Shown: one piece after another, positions 46,503 through 59,266 of the stretch
How positions within the stretch are numbered: the stretch's first letter is position 1
How the letters are laid out: every line of letters begins with the position of its first letter
Assembly (NCBI GenBank): GCA_023334545.1
Contig: JAADVB010000064.1
Coordinates: 1-64,000, forward strand
Direction: 5' to 3'
From: Salisapilia sapeloensis CBS 127946
Taxonomy: Eukaryota; Protista; Oomycota
Length of the DNA: 64,000 nucleotides
Program-made: the position numbers and the translations under genes
Notes under the pieces: generated by a model
Seen by the model: only the letters and a program-made list of their open reading frames with translations
The model's database searches: none
What the model was told of the DNA's origin: nothing

Positions 46503-48044
46503 ATGGTTAATACCTCGCTTCCGGCTCCTATGTTCGATTCAGTCGACCTCATGCCTGAGGAGCAAGAAGAGTACTGCCGCATACTCACGGACATCCTTTA
46601 TGAAGGCCTGGTCGAATACAATACCTACCGCGAGCAGCCTGTGTGTCCAACCAAGTCGGATTGGAAATCTTACAAAAAGCATGAAAACATAAAGTTTTAT
46701 CGTCAGCGCCAAGCATCCACCCCGTCGCGTGCGATGGAATCGGTAGACCACTGTGCCCATCGGCCTGTTGCCATCCTTGGACTTGGAACGTTCCCTGGAG
46801 ACTTGGATGCTCTCATGTATGGACTCTGCATGCCCGATCGATCGAGCATAATGCAGGCCTACAAGTATGCCTCCGTCGAAATTGAAGATGCTAAAATACT
46901 TGCTGTCATCGACAAGCCCAGTCCGAACCAGCCATACCATAGTGTCACCCTCCAACGTCTCGTCAAGCCGATGCCAAAGAAGCTCGGCTGTATCGTCAAA
47001 TCTCGTGTACTCGAAGTGTTGCAAGCGACCGGCATACTCAGCCTCCCGGATGGTTCCAGAGTTGGCTATCACATCCTCCATTCAGTTGACCACCCAACGA
47101 TGGATGACCATCTAAACAAGAACATGGTTCCAATGCGCATCTCGCATTGTTCTCTTTTCCGTCAGGTCGGTGAAAATACCATCGATGCACACCTGCGCGG
47201 CTTCCATGAAGGAGCTGGCCAACTACTTGACGAGTTTATCGCACTTTCGGGTGCCAAATCGCTTCAGATGTGTACGAAAGTGGTGGAAGTTGCTCGCAAC
47301 AAGAAGCTATTATGGCTTCTTCGTAGACGTGAGTACGAAGATCGCCGCCGTGCGTTCACTGTACCAATGCATGACAACCCATTGGCCAATAGGCGTCTTT
47401 GCGGTACTTGTGGAAAGCGGTTTAATCCACTTCGATGGTCTCGACCTTGTGTACTCTGCGAGCTCCCTACTTGCTCATCGTGCCGAGTGGAGAGATCCAT
47501 TATCGCCGCGCTACCACCTCGAAACACCCAAGCAACGAAGAAGACAGTTTGCAAACGATGCGTGCTGAAACTTGGACGGGAGAGCACTTACCGCATCGCA
47601 CGTGAAGAAGTTCAGGCTGGACGCTACGAAACCACGAGTATTTACAGCGATGAATGGGCTCGTATGGACCAAGTGCAACATTCGGAATGGAGTGGAAGTG
47701 ACCACTGCGTGGGTGAAGGTCCAAATGAGACAATTTTGTCTTCATTAAGACCAAGTGTCCCGGCAACGTTAAGCCTGACAAGTTCACGGTTCACTTCTAG
47801 TCTCTTGGACTATTACAGGACAGAGCTAGAATCACCTTCTGTTGTAAGCAGATCTGTTTCTGATGTAAGCAAGTCATCAGACGATCGCGAATGGGAAGAA
47901 GCTACAGCTGAGCTCGAGAAGATGCTCGAATGCAAGGAGCAGATTGCTGGTTTTGAAGAGAGACAAAAGATGTGGCTCAAACTCACAGAGATGCGACTCA
48001 TGCATATTAAAGAGCACTATCGAGATGAGGACAGACTCAATTAG
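46503..48044 (+). CDS. START-like plus FYVE-like zinc finger protein
   Basis: GTFPGDLDALMYG, GYHILHSV and 8-Cys finger CGTC...CVLC...CSSC...CKRC. Confidence 0.88.
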   Translation: MVNTSLPAPMFDSVDLMPEEQEEYCRILTDILYEGLVEYNTYREQPVCPTKSDWKSYKKHENIKFYRQRQASTPSRAMESVDHCAHRPVAILGLGTFPGDLDALMYGLCMPDRSSIMQAYKYASVEIEDAKILAVIDKPSPNQPYHSVTLQRLVKPMPKKLGCIVKSRVLEVLQATGILSLPDGSRVGYHILHSVDHPTMDDHLNKNMVPMRISHCSLFRQVGENTIDAHLRGFHEGAGQLLDEFIALSGAKSLQMCTKVVEVARNKKLLWLLRRREYEDRRRAFTVPMHDNPLANRRLCGTCGKRFNPLRWSRPCVLCELPTCSSCRVERSIIAALPPRNTQATKKTVCKRCVLKLGRESTYRIAREEVQAGRYETTSIYSDEWARMDQVQHSEWSGSDHCVGEGPNETILSSLRPSVPATLSLTSSRFTSSLLDYYRTELESPSVVSRSVSDVSKSSDDREWEEATAELEKMLECKEQIAGFEERQKMWLKLTEMRLMHIKEHYRDEDRLN

Positions 48045-50578
48045 TTAGAACAGCCAAGGATGTGTTTATAAGATTCTTGGTCTAATATAAATTCATTATT
48101 TTTATCGTGCCATTCTTCCTACTTAGATTGTGACTCGATCTCGTAGCCTGTACAGTAACCTAGGAGTTGCATGTTTCATCCTCATCGCTCATGCTAGACA
48201 CCAGCTTCAAGTTTTAAGTCCTCTTTAAGGTCAATTGCATAGCTACTCCTGGATATATAATTGGTCGTGGGGTTGGTCCGTGGAAGTAGCTTCTCATAAG
48301 TCGAAAGTAGAAGATCATGACAGGAGACGCTTCAATTATTTAAATTTGGATGCTACAAAATAGCCTGCGCACACACAAAAGTTCTATTTATCTTTTCATC
48401 ATGCAAGCTAGTTCTGCTTCTAAGGAATGGTGCATAATGTAGTCTGTTTAGATTCAATGCAGAACGCATCGAGGGTAAAGTCGAGTCATCGAGCGTGCTA
48501 CGGGCGATTTCGTAGACTGCAATTGGTGAATAGAAACGGAAGTGCTGTATGACTACGACGATGCGACTGTCTTGATATGCTATACAATCATCTCATCAGT
48601 GAAGCATTGTGCGCAAGTAAAGCTTGGACTGAAGTTTATTCCCAAAAAGTTGCAAAGACGTCGATTCTAACTGGACCTTGCTTTTCGTTGTGTATAAACC
48701 GAAATAAACTGCAAGGAATCTTGCAAGACAGGATAGCTCTTTCAAAGCAAGTTCTTCAGGCAAATTTTATTGGACAGTTGTCGATGCATAGACGAAAGCA
48801 TGAGGAGAGGAATTGTGCTATGAGCACACAAGACTGCAAATGACAACCATCTTTGCAGTCATATTAGTATCATCGTTGAGAATTTAGCTCTTGTGGGTAG
48901 TTGTTATGGGTTTCGAGTCGAGACTTGCAGTGCATACAGCTATATGTCATTAATGCTAACGCTTTCGAACCAACACATACAAGCTTTTGTACTGACATGG
49001 TGCAACGACTTCATGCTTTCTTTTAAATCTAGCGAGTGTGCTTGGAAGATAGCTAACCGGAGAGTGTGCTAGGCATGATATCTTCGAGTAAATTGACTTA
49101 GCTCCAGGAAGATAACGGATAACTTGCATTCGTTTGTTGCTTCCCATCTTTTGCCATTCATTAGTTCCCGCTCCCCTGTCGACTTACTCTAGGTAACTTC
49201 AGCAGACTTACTTTCTGCCATCTTAAGCATCCTCTCCATGCGGAGCTTTATAAGACAAGGTAAGCTCTGAAGCGATGGATACATATAGCATTTTACTCAG
49301 CCAAGGCATCCAACTCTTAAGCTTGCAAACTGTTCTGCGTACCATTCATGAATCCTTGCGTGCGCTTGTCTTGTTGCAGAGCAAGCTGTAGACAAGACAG
49401 GGTTTCCCACTTTCAGACCCGTCATTCTCTTTACCTGTACGCTATGGAGATTTATATGTATGTATACTAGATAGAGGTACTTGTGTGATGTTCGGGAAAA
49501 CATAATCGTCATTTTATACACGAGCACGCAAAAGCTGCATTTGCCACAATACCTCCGTAAGCACCCTTGTTTGAATCTACAAGGTAATTCTGATTCCGGG
49601 CTATTGTCCTGTGAACCTCTTCGAGCTGTTGTCTTTCGTATCAACTGTTCTACGATAAGTTTAGTGACGGGCTTGCCAACTTGAAGGAAAAAGCGTGCGC
49701 CAGCGAAAAATTAGATCATATTGCCGCGATCTTGCCTCACTTGGATGACATTTGACAACACCAAATCGGCAGCGATTCACATAGCGGCTTTGCCTTTCTA
49801 GGTTACCATGAAAACCGACCACGACTGTGGGCATCCAATTTCGATGAATGCCGATTCAGCACGAACACTCGTGTAACGTTTAGCTAAAGCTTTTGAACGA
49901 AATGAATCTGATTCAGAAAGGAGATAGTGGATCTAAATGGTTTCGTCAGCGCGAATGATCGCGTTCATTGGTAGCTTGGTCCTTGTAAGGTCCAGTTTCC
50001 TGTCACTAGTCCAAGAGGATAACATTGCGAAATGTAAGCTTTGCAAAGCAATTCGATCCACATGAAGCGTTTCACGACAGTCTCGTTGTTGCATTGCACA
50101 AGTCTCCATTTTAAAATACGGTAAACCTAGAGCTATTGCTGGTAGCAAAAGGTGCCACGTTACAACTGTTGACTGCGAATACTTGATTCCCCCTTCAAAC
50201 TGAATGGACACCAACAAACTGACCCTACATGCTTGAGCGGTTCTCTGTCACCCAGTGTCCTTTTTGTTGTGGGATTCGCAACATCATTCGTGAGTTATCG
50301 ATACATCGACGCATTGCAGCACCGTTGTCAATGCCCATAATGCGCCAAGTAAGGCGTAACGAGACTGCTTTCTAGAAGCCATACAACCGGGCGATCGTTG
50401 AATGTGCCTGACGTAGTCTTGATACGTGTGTGGTTCGTATGGAAACTCTGGATTGTCAGATTTGCAGATGAGGCTCTAATTTGGTGCTGTAGCCATTCCA
50501 GTGTGATGGCGTACGAGCTGAGAGAAATGAACCTCTGTGTCGTTCGTAAATTCAGATGATCATTATCGCTTTGCGACC

Positions 50579-52141
50579 ATGGAACGGAAGATGCAAGCCG
50601 GACCGTTTTCATCCATTGAGCTTCTGCAGGAAGACAAGGACCAATACAAGGCCATCGTGCTTGCCGTCATCTATGACACCTTGCTCAGATACAATCAATA
50701 CCAACAAGCAGGTTCCGTCGTGAACAAGTTCGAATGGAAACACTTTTACTCGCAAAGTGGCATGGAGTTTTACTCGGAACGGAACTCGGTCTTAAGAGAA
50801 AAACGACGAAAATACTCGGCAGATAAGGTCGCCTACGCTCCCGTCCAAGTGCTTGGATTGACAAACTATACGGGCGACCTGGACTCGGTCATGTTCGGCA
50901 TGAACCGGCATGACATCGCAGCGAACTTACAAGTCTACAGAAACGGTGAAACGGACATTAAATGCATTCAACGCCTCGCAGTAGTCGAAAGCCCAACCGT
51001 AGAGCAGCCGTATCGTTCTACTGGGCTCTATTGGCTCTTAAAGTACATTCCGTACCAGCCAAGTGCGATCGTGAAGCCGCGTGACCTGTTCGTCGTGATT
51101 TCCACTGGTATGCTCCTGTTAGAAGATGGCGAGCGACTAGGTTACTACGTCGCCCACTCCGTCTCTTACCCAGGCACAGAGATTATCTCTTGCAATAACG
51201 CCGTCCGAGCACGGATGTCCCATTGCACGCTCTTCCGACAAACGAGTGAGAACAACGTTCAGTCCTATAGCATTGCGTACCAAGAAGGCAATGGTCGCAT
51301 CTTGGACAAAATCGTCGCTTTTACTGGTGCTGATGCACTCCGGGTCGTTTGTGGTCCGCTGATCTCAGCACAGGAAAAGAAGATTCTCTGGGCTATTCGA
51401 CGTCATAACTACGTCCAAGGGAGAAAGACAACAACTGATGCTAGCGATAAGGAGATCAAGAGCGGGGAGTGCCAGATCTGTCAAAGGTCGTTGTCTACGT
51501 TCCGCAAGGCCAAGATGTGCAATGTATGTGATGCGTACGCGTGCTCTAGTTGTATAGCCTCCCGTGATATAGCCGCTCACGTACCTCCCCGTTCCTTGCG
51601 CACGATTAAAACTTACGTGTGCAAGCATTGCGTCATAAGAATAAATCATGAGAGCGCATACCAAGTGGCATGTGCAGAAATCTTGGCCGGCAGGTTCGAT
51701 GAAAGCCGCGAAGAATGCGGCTTCGACTGGCCGGACTTTGAAAACTTTGATGAAGGACTTGTACCGGAGAGACGCACATGTGCTGGTGAGGACGTGATAA
51801 AGATCATTAGCGCGACAGAAAGAGCTAGCGAAGCCTTGACGCTCAGTATGGGCGGCTCACCAAAACACACCACATCTACCCTATATGGAGGAATGTCGAG
51901 TACTTCGTCGGACAGTGGATTCTCTTCATCATCGATGAGTGGGTTCTCTTCATCGTTTTCAAGTGGATCGTTTTCATCGTCGATGAGTGGATCATTTTCC
52001 AATCTCATGGAAGACATGCTGAGTGCTATGAACATGCCAGGTACTACAAATACCGAAATGGAAAAATCGCAGGAAGTCTGGGATGAAATGACCCAGTACT
52101 TCGTATCGCAAGCGAAAGGACGCTTTCGCAGTCAGACGTAG
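50579..52141 (+). CDS. START-like plus FYVE-like zinc finger protein (tandem paralog of 46503)
   Basis: GDLDSVMFG, GYYVAHSV, ARMSHCTLFRQ and CQIC...CNVC...CSSC...CKHC; ATG at 50579 assumed. Confidence 0.88.
   Translation: MERKMQAGPFSSIELLQEDKDQYKAIVLAVIYDTLLRYNQYQQAGSVVNKFEWKHFYSQSGMEFYSERNSVLREKRRKYSADKVAYAPVQVLGLTNYTGDLDSVMFGMNRHDIAANLQVYRNGETDIKCIQRLAVVESPTVEQPYRSTGLYWLLKYIPYQPSAIVKPRDLFVVISTGMLLLEDGERLGYYVAHSVSYPGTEIISCNNAVRARMSHCTLFRQTSENNVQSYSIAYQEGNGRILDKIVAFTGADALRVVCGPLISAQEKKILWAIRRHNYVQGRKTTTDASDKEIKSGECQICQRSLSTFRKAKMCNVCDAYACSSCIASRDIAAHVPPRSLRTIKTYVCKHCVIRINHESAYQVACAEILAGRFDESREECGFDWPDFENFDEGLVPERRTCAGEDVIKIISATERASEALTLSMGGSPKHTTSTLYGGMSSTSSDSGFSSSSMSGFSSSFSSGSFSSSMSGSFSNLMEDMLSAMNMPGTTNTEMEKSQEVWDEMTQYFVSQAKGRFRSQT
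51914..52000 (+). repeat. Coding 24-bp tandem repeat (about 3.6 units)
   Basis: AGTGG-initiated units at 51914, 51938, 51962, 51986 encode SGFSSSSM/SGFSSSFS/SGSFSSSM/SGSFS. Confidence 0.85.
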
Positions 52142-53998
52142 TCTCCAGTACTTTCGATGGACAAAATAGTATGGACAGGGTTTCATGGAAATCAAAATGA
52201 ATAAGCGAATTGCTGTAAGTTGTCTTTATATTTCTGATGTACTAGGAAATCATGGATGTAAACAAGAGCTGCATAAGTTTATCGTACACGACCAAAGTAC
52301 CTCTTAGCTTCGGTAAAAAGAAATTCTTGGATCCATGACCAAATGGACACGATAACTACGTGACCTGGATATAAGAAGCAATGCCCTCCGTGAAAAGAAT
52401 ATCCATATTTTTTAGCCCGAATGCCTGTCGTTATACTTTGCTCACATAGAAGCCACTGGCCAGATAAGTTAAAGTAGAGTAGTTGTAAACAGATCGAGGA
52501 TATGAATTGCCACTAAATCGGTCGACGAGGTAGAGCAAATACATTCGTCACGATATACTTTTTATCTTAGCATGTTTTAAGCAGCGAGATTGGTAGCAAT
52601 TCAAAAATCAAGCCGTGGCGAGAACGCGACCTTGCGTAGGTTTGCCCTAAGTCAAAGTCGACACCCCTGAGGAACATAGCACGGTGGTATATGAAGGCGG
52701 TGTACTAGATAAATATAAAAGCACTAATCTTAGAACTATTTCCGCATTGTGCAGCTTGCTGGTATACAAACTGAAAACAAGGCTTGTACCAGGCCCAATA
52801 GATACGAACGCGATCAAATGCTTCTCTTCGCTATGTACATACTACGTATGCGCATTCGTTGGAAAAGCGCTACCTGTCTTGTTCTTGTCATTAGATCCAG
52901 ATCCTAGCCGATCATCCGGATCATGACATCAGTGCTCATCGTGCAGCTCCTATCTTGGATGCTACCCGAACTGTTATTTGTGCATGCAAAGATTGGACTG
53001 CTAAACTACGATGCAACTCCAAATCCGTCCGTACAACACATTATACATGCTTAGAAGTATGAGGTGACAACATTAGCTATCAAAGCTTCCACAGGTGGTG
53101 GGTAAGCGTGAATAAAGCAGCAGCGTGCGCTGATTTCTTGAGAAATCTAAGTGTTTAACCACTACTGCGATAATCGACTTCTTTTGCTTCGCGCGTAGAT
53201 CTGGATCGTTCCAATCCATAAACTGCAGCCGACATGAAGATGTGATCGGTTTCAAGTGGCTACGGACCGTACACGAGACGGTGCAAACTGACTAATGGTA
53301 CCACTGTTTAGACACAAACTTTTCGTCAGTGACAATCACTCTGTCATTGTCGAGCTGCTTTGTTGGTCGTTCGTCGAAAGCACACAAGCTCCATCATAAT
53401 CTAGTAGCTGAGGGATAAACACGAATGAGGTGTTTAAAGTACAAAAGGGCCGCTTGTACAAGGTTTGATAAGTAATATACCATCAGAAACAGAGAACTGT
53501 ATATGGTATTTCTCCTCCATCATCTCCCTCGTTAAAATTTGCAAATGCAGAAATGAAATCAAAATCAGTTTTAATGTAACACTCCTTCAGTATAGAATTC
53601 TCCCACTTCCCTGTTGTACTTCTTTACAAATCTTATCATAGTAAATTTCGTGAAGGTTATGGTAAGTTGGACCAAAAAAAGTATATTACTGCGGAACTTC
53701 TTATCATGGACCTGCTATCCAATCATCCTATTCACGCGAACCGACATTGTATCAGCAATTTAAAACACCCGCGTGGTTGGCCAGCTTGGATTACCATTAT
53801 AATTATACCAAACATGGCTCGTCGACGCCAATAAGCACGCTTCCAGCTTAAAGACTGTCTTCCATCATCCAATCTCCAACCAACACAGTGTTTATAGAGT
53901 TTACTTTCCTGTAGTGGTAAACAAATAAACCGAAAGCTCTTGCTGCCTTCAAAATACTTTAAACAACCAAAAACTCTTCACTACGCAGTTTCTACGGA

Positions 53999-56900
53999 TT
54001 AAAAGATATCTTTGAAGACTTCGTTCGCTACCTGCTCCCAAGTTTCCATCTGGTGCACTTGAGGATAGTAGTGGCACATGGATTGAACTGCTCGGCTCGG
54101 ATGCAGCAGCAAAACTCGAAGCAGTCGTTGTCTTTGCTCACCCGGTGATCTGGCTATATCCAGTTTCAAGTATTCTTGCCAGTAGGTCGATGACATCACC
54201 TTCTTCCACAGCTCTGCGTCACCATGCTACAAGAGAGATAGTAAGTACACCCTATTTCTTCATGATACAGTATGAAACTTACCAGAGCAGAGAAAAACAC
54301 CGGAATGAGATCAAAGATCGGATCCCCGCTCTTGCTGTCTGCCAAGTCGATGATTTTACAAGGTGTCCACTGCACGTCTTCCACGATAAATTCTTCTTCT
54401 TCTGTATTCGTTTCGTCATCCGAGTCGGAATCATCCTCGGATTCAGACTCCAATGGCTCACCTGACAACCTCCCAAGTACGTTCTCATCGGTCAAATCAC
54501 CATGCAAAAAGGTTGGTTTCTTTTGCTGATAAAAGGTCGGCAACAAGTGCTGGATGACGTCATCCTCTGTCGGATTCGGCAAAAATTGTTCCAAGTTACC
54601 AAGCAAAGCGCCTGGCAGTACGTTCATGTTCATGTGAAAGGCAAGACTACGTCGCAACTGACGCACGAAGTAGTCGACGTACCACTCCCATTCTGCTTTC
54701 GAGTGTCCATACAAACCTTCGCCAGTCACACGAATAGATGCTAGCGATGGGAAAACGGATTGCCCATAGAAATTGGCCAATTGATGCCAGCTAGAAGCGC
54801 CCATGCCTTTCTTCCTGTTTAGAAGATGACGCAATCCGACGTCCTCTTTGTCAAAGTCCAGGACAAGGTACGGCCACCGCCATCCCAATTCGTTGGACGA
54901 CGGATAGACTGTCGTATATGGATCCAAGACACCTATGCCGAGACATTTCGGAAACATTGGAGATTGACAAGTCGCTTCATAACCACCCACCTCCGTTCGA
55001 TACGGTTCTTCCATTGCCGTTCGAAGTGCAACTTGATGCTTTAGATCTTGAACTTCGATCGTCGACCGTTTCTGTTTCTTGCTTTTGCGTTTCGTGGCGT
55101 CATCCAAGGAAGGAAACAAATACTCTTGGAGGTCAAATTCCCCATAGCCAGTATTGTACATACTGTAGAATTTAACCAAGAACTTATCGTCCACGACGTA
55201 AACAGGATTTGCTCGAGACGTCATGGACTTGACTCGACTACTTTTTACTTTGTTGCCGCCTAGATGATGCTTTTTGCTGATCCGACGAAGCGCATCGATC
55301 CAGTAGTCGGCAATATGGAACGTGTCCGTGTACATAGACTCTTGCATGAACCCTTCGTGAAGAGGCGTCTGGACACAGTCCATTACCTGCAAGATATCTT
55401 TCCGATGCCGCATCTTTCTACAAAAGTGACGAAGAAACTCCAGCTCCTGATGACGTACCATATCTTCGCCAAATCGCCATAGATTCGTATGATCCACAAA
55501 GTTCTGTGTAACTGCTACAGTTTCGTCTAGATTGAGCACCATGTGCCACCACCCGCTAGGCACGTAGATCGTTTCCCCCGGACCCTGGATAACTTCATAC
55601 GGCTTATCAGAGGGCTGAAGGGTCGGATAGATCTCAAGGTACCAGAGCAATGACGTCATGTCCAGAGCGGAATAATCTTCAGAGTTACCCTTTACATACT
55701 GCTTGTTTCCTGGTGGAGGATGGTCTGGCGGATACAAGGCCCATCGCTTGTGACCGCTGATGAGCGAGTTCCACGCGGATGTACCTGATGGATCTGTATG
55801 CCACGGAGCACCAGAGCGCTGTGGGCCGATGACCACCCAACGAAAATCTGGTCGGCTCGGTTTCTTCACGTCCGACGCTTCAGTTTCTATAGAGTCATCG
55901 ATCGTAGAAAGAAAATCTTCGGGAAATATTTGAAGTGAGTTGACGTTGTACTCGCTTAACATTTCCGGAAACTTTTCTCCAAAGCGAGGGTCGAAGATGT
56001 ACAGCGGTGTCTCATCGTTTTGAGCTCGAGCGTAGTGAAAGTAATTGCTAAAATGCATATGTGTGGACTTTTCTGCATTCCGAAAATCAAGGTTATGCGT
56101 CAGTCGGAGCATCTTGTCAGAATGGGCGCGGGTAGCCAGATTTGCCAACGTCCACTGTATGATATAGAGTAAGCTTAAAACGCTATCTATACGTGCAAAA
56201 ACAAACGTACGTTTTGCATCGCTGGCCATTGATCAATGGCGTTCTGGAGAATAAAGGGAACCCGCGCATATCGCCTATTAGCCAGCATGAGATGTGTTTG
56301 AGTCAGGTCGCTACACCATGCTTACGAGTAAAAAGCAGTTGCATCGAAATTCTGTACGTCGATGCGGGCAAGTCGCTTATCACCGATCTGAGTAAAGTCT
56401 GCCAAGTCCATGTGACAACGTATCCAACGGCGGTATAAGAAATCTGATGCGAAGGAACGCATGGGTTTCACGGTTGTCAGCCTCCCATAGTCCACGTGCA
56501 AAGGTAGCTCGCCGGTAGGAAAAAATGTCGCAGCTCTCCAGGAGCCACGAAAAGTAAAGTTGCCGTTATGTAACCTCAGGCAATGCGCCATCCAAAGTGG
56601 CTCTTCCCTCGAGAAGACATAGAGCACTGGGTTCATGTCAGTTTGGGGGCAATATAAAGCCAGAATCATGCTTGCTACCTGAATTGACTTGAGACACTGT
56701 TAGCAAGTCACGTTCGTCCAGAAAGAGTGTCCAATAAGCAATGAGTTCGTCTTGCAGGCGTGCAAAGGCGCTCCCTTGCAACGATGGCTGCATCCTGGAT
56801 CTAAATTTGTTTATGTTGTTTTCGTACTTTAATGAAATGGCATCTGGAGGTAGACGTAGACTGGCAAATGACGAATTGGGGTACATTAGTTTGCAAAGGT

Positions 56901-57054
56901 CCATGCTGATTCGATTTCGCAGGTATCCGCCTGCTTTGCAAATTCGGCCTATCAGGGAAAGCCGCTCGTCATCGATGATGGGCATGTTTACCCAATCAGA
57001 ACGCGTGCACGTCACTTGAGTTTTGTATGGGGGTGGTAGAGACCGTCGTTTCAT
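53999..57054 (-). CDS. F-box plus JmjC (JMJD6-like) plus APH/kinase-like fusion protein, multi-exon; start uncertain
   Basis: F-box-like LQDELIAYWTLFLDERDLLTVSQV|; JmjC PLYIFD, GAPWHTDP, KRWALYPP, PSGWWHMVLN; APH-like LHGDLTDENV and IIDLAD. GT-AG introns near 56.65, 56.3, 56.19 and 54.26 kb. Confidence 0.85.
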
Positions 57055-57144
57055 GGCATTTGGAAATTGTCTCCAACGAAAGTACCTAGAGGCGCAGGTA
57101 CGAACATACAAACAAATCGCTGCTCCGATTAAAATAGAGTGTCC

Positions 57145-58323
57145 ATGATCGATTCTCGGATGCAAATATCTGCAATTTGCGGGTCAGCGGAAGACCACTC
57201 GCCTTCAATGAGCTCATCATACTCTACCTTCACGCTGGCACCCGCGGCATCGACACCGACATCGATCCCCCGACAGACGACGAGCGATCCTTCCAATACA
57301 GAAACTAGGTCACAACCATCACTCCCGAGCATCCGAGAGCTCCCCGCGTGGAACGTGCCTCCATCGTCGCTCGACCCGCGTCTCCCGCCCGCACCCACGC
57401 TATCCGTACCAGGCCGAGCCCAACCCTTGCAGCAATTTTCTCCACCGAAATTTTCCATTCGCCATATTGTGAATGACGCGCAGGAGGTTGCTCCAACTGG
57501 TGCAACATCTTCTTCACTGGCTTTACCGCCGTCCGGGGACTCTAGGTCCGCGAAGAATGAGAGCAAGGCCGCCAAGTCCAAGCGCAAGAACCGCAAGATG
57601 TCCAACAGTGAGCGTGGGAAACTATATCGTTCCCGTCGAAAAAGCTATGTTCAGACGCTGGAGCAGCAGGTGGAGCGACTTCGCGATGAAGTCGCTGGCC
57701 TGCAACTTCAACGCACGCAGTCCACCTCTTCTCAAGTGCCGCGAGACGTTGACGTCTTCTCCTCGGCACTTGCAAAGACAGTCCACGAGTACTTTAAAGT
57801 GTTCGAGCACGGTGTCACAGTATTCCGTAACAATGCCTCGATCCATCATTTTGACGTCGTCACCAGCAACAGACAAGCTTCTTTCCTGCAGACACTCGTG
57901 TCTCCAGACTTGTTTCACAATAGCAGCATCGGCATCCAGAACCTCCTTCTCCAGTGGGAACGCTACTGCATGTTCCACCGGAACCTCGTGTACAAAATGA
58001 ACAATTTGCGTATTATCCCAGGGAGCCCAGAGCCTGCTGTCGTTGCACGCGCCGGGCTCATGGTTGAGTACACCATTGATACCATCCGTAACCTGTTTCC
58101 GCATGTGATGGAGGATCCGGAGCTGACGCAAGATCTCGTCGGCTTGCAGGTGGAGTACGAAGTGGACAATTGGTTCTTCTTTGGGGAAGACGGCCGAATC
58201 GTTCGTTTCATCACGGATGTCGGCTTATCGAACGGTCTAGTACGAGCTTTGGGGAGCATCCAAAAAGCGCTGCATGTGGTCGATGGGGCTAAGTACGCGA
58301 GCGATGGCACTATCCAAGTTTAA
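57145..58323 (+). CDS. Oomycete-type bZIP transcription factor, single exon
   Basis: MSNSERGKLYRSRRKSYVQTLEQQVERLRDEV (N-x7-R plus zipper); C-terminal region similar to the 15045 gene. Confidence 0.88.
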   Translation: MIDSRMQISAICGSAEDHSPSMSSSYSTFTLAPAASTPTSIPRQTTSDPSNTETRSQPSLPSIRELPAWNVPPSSLDPRLPPAPTLSVPGRAQPLQQFSPPKFSIRHIVNDAQEVAPTGATSSSLALPPSGDSRSAKNESKAAKSKRKNRKMSNSERGKLYRSRRKSYVQTLEQQVERLRDEVAGLQLQRTQSTSSQVPRDVDVFSSALAKTVHEYFKVFEHGVTVFRNNASIHHFDVVTSNRQASFLQTLVSPDLFHNSSIGIQNLLLQWERYCMFHRNLVYKMNNLRIIPGSPEPAVVARAGLMVEYTIDTIRNLFPHVMEDPELTQDLVGLQVEYEVDNWFFFGEDGRIVRFITDVGLSNGLVRALGSIQKALHVVDGAKYASDGTIQV

Positions 58324-59266
58324 CTTGTTTCGAAAGAGACATACCCTTGTCCATGTACAAAAGAAATACACCAAATATACTTTTTTCGTCAGTGTTAGCT
58401 TCCGGCATCATCCTTGTCTGACGCATATCCGGGGTATAAAGCCGTTGTCCATAAATGATACGAAGGCAAGCATATTTTCCTTTTGTTAATGGCTTGTATG
58501 CCCGCTAGATATGGAAAAATCTTGTTCGCGGTCTATAGCTACAAGTTGAGTACAGATCTATAGCACCGTCATGAACTCTGTTGTTAGGTGTGGAGGATCT
58601 TCATGGCGATCCGTGGCTACTGCATTTAGATAGTGCCTTGAAAGTAACTTCAAGAGCGATAGTCTTTGTCCAGCATTTGAGCTGATTTATATTCGATGGG
58701 ACAAGTGGTAGAGTAAAATCTTGGAAGAAATATTAAAAAGGAGAGGAAAGACAAATGCGGATGCTATGTCATGTATGTAATTAATACTCACCAGACCTGC
58801 TTGAAAAGAAGCAATAGAGATAAAGTTTTAAACGCATCATCTCTACCGAGACCATTTACGTAAAAATAGCTTGTGGTTGGTTGCTCGTGTCAACAAAAGA
58901 AATTTTTCGATCGCGTATAAAAAGCTGTAGCGGCGGAAACGCGAATGAAATCGGGGGCAGAGATCATGAAAATGTTGCTCGAAGCAGAAGACAACAAGTC
59001 GATAGGACCAAACGCCGCGATCCGTATGCATCAGCCAATGTAATGATCACCTGTATTTTGAAGCAACTTCTATAAACATCAATGAACTCGGCTTGATTTG
59101 GTCCGTAAAACCGTATTGCATCCGTCCGAAAAATGTGATGCTATTAAATATGAGAGGCATAGTCGGGTCGAATAAAAGGATGTGCCGGACAGTTCCCGGT
59201 ATCTCGCTGTAAACTGGCTTGTAGGCTTCATTCCTGTCATCATCGGAAGACCGTCACAAGATCGCA

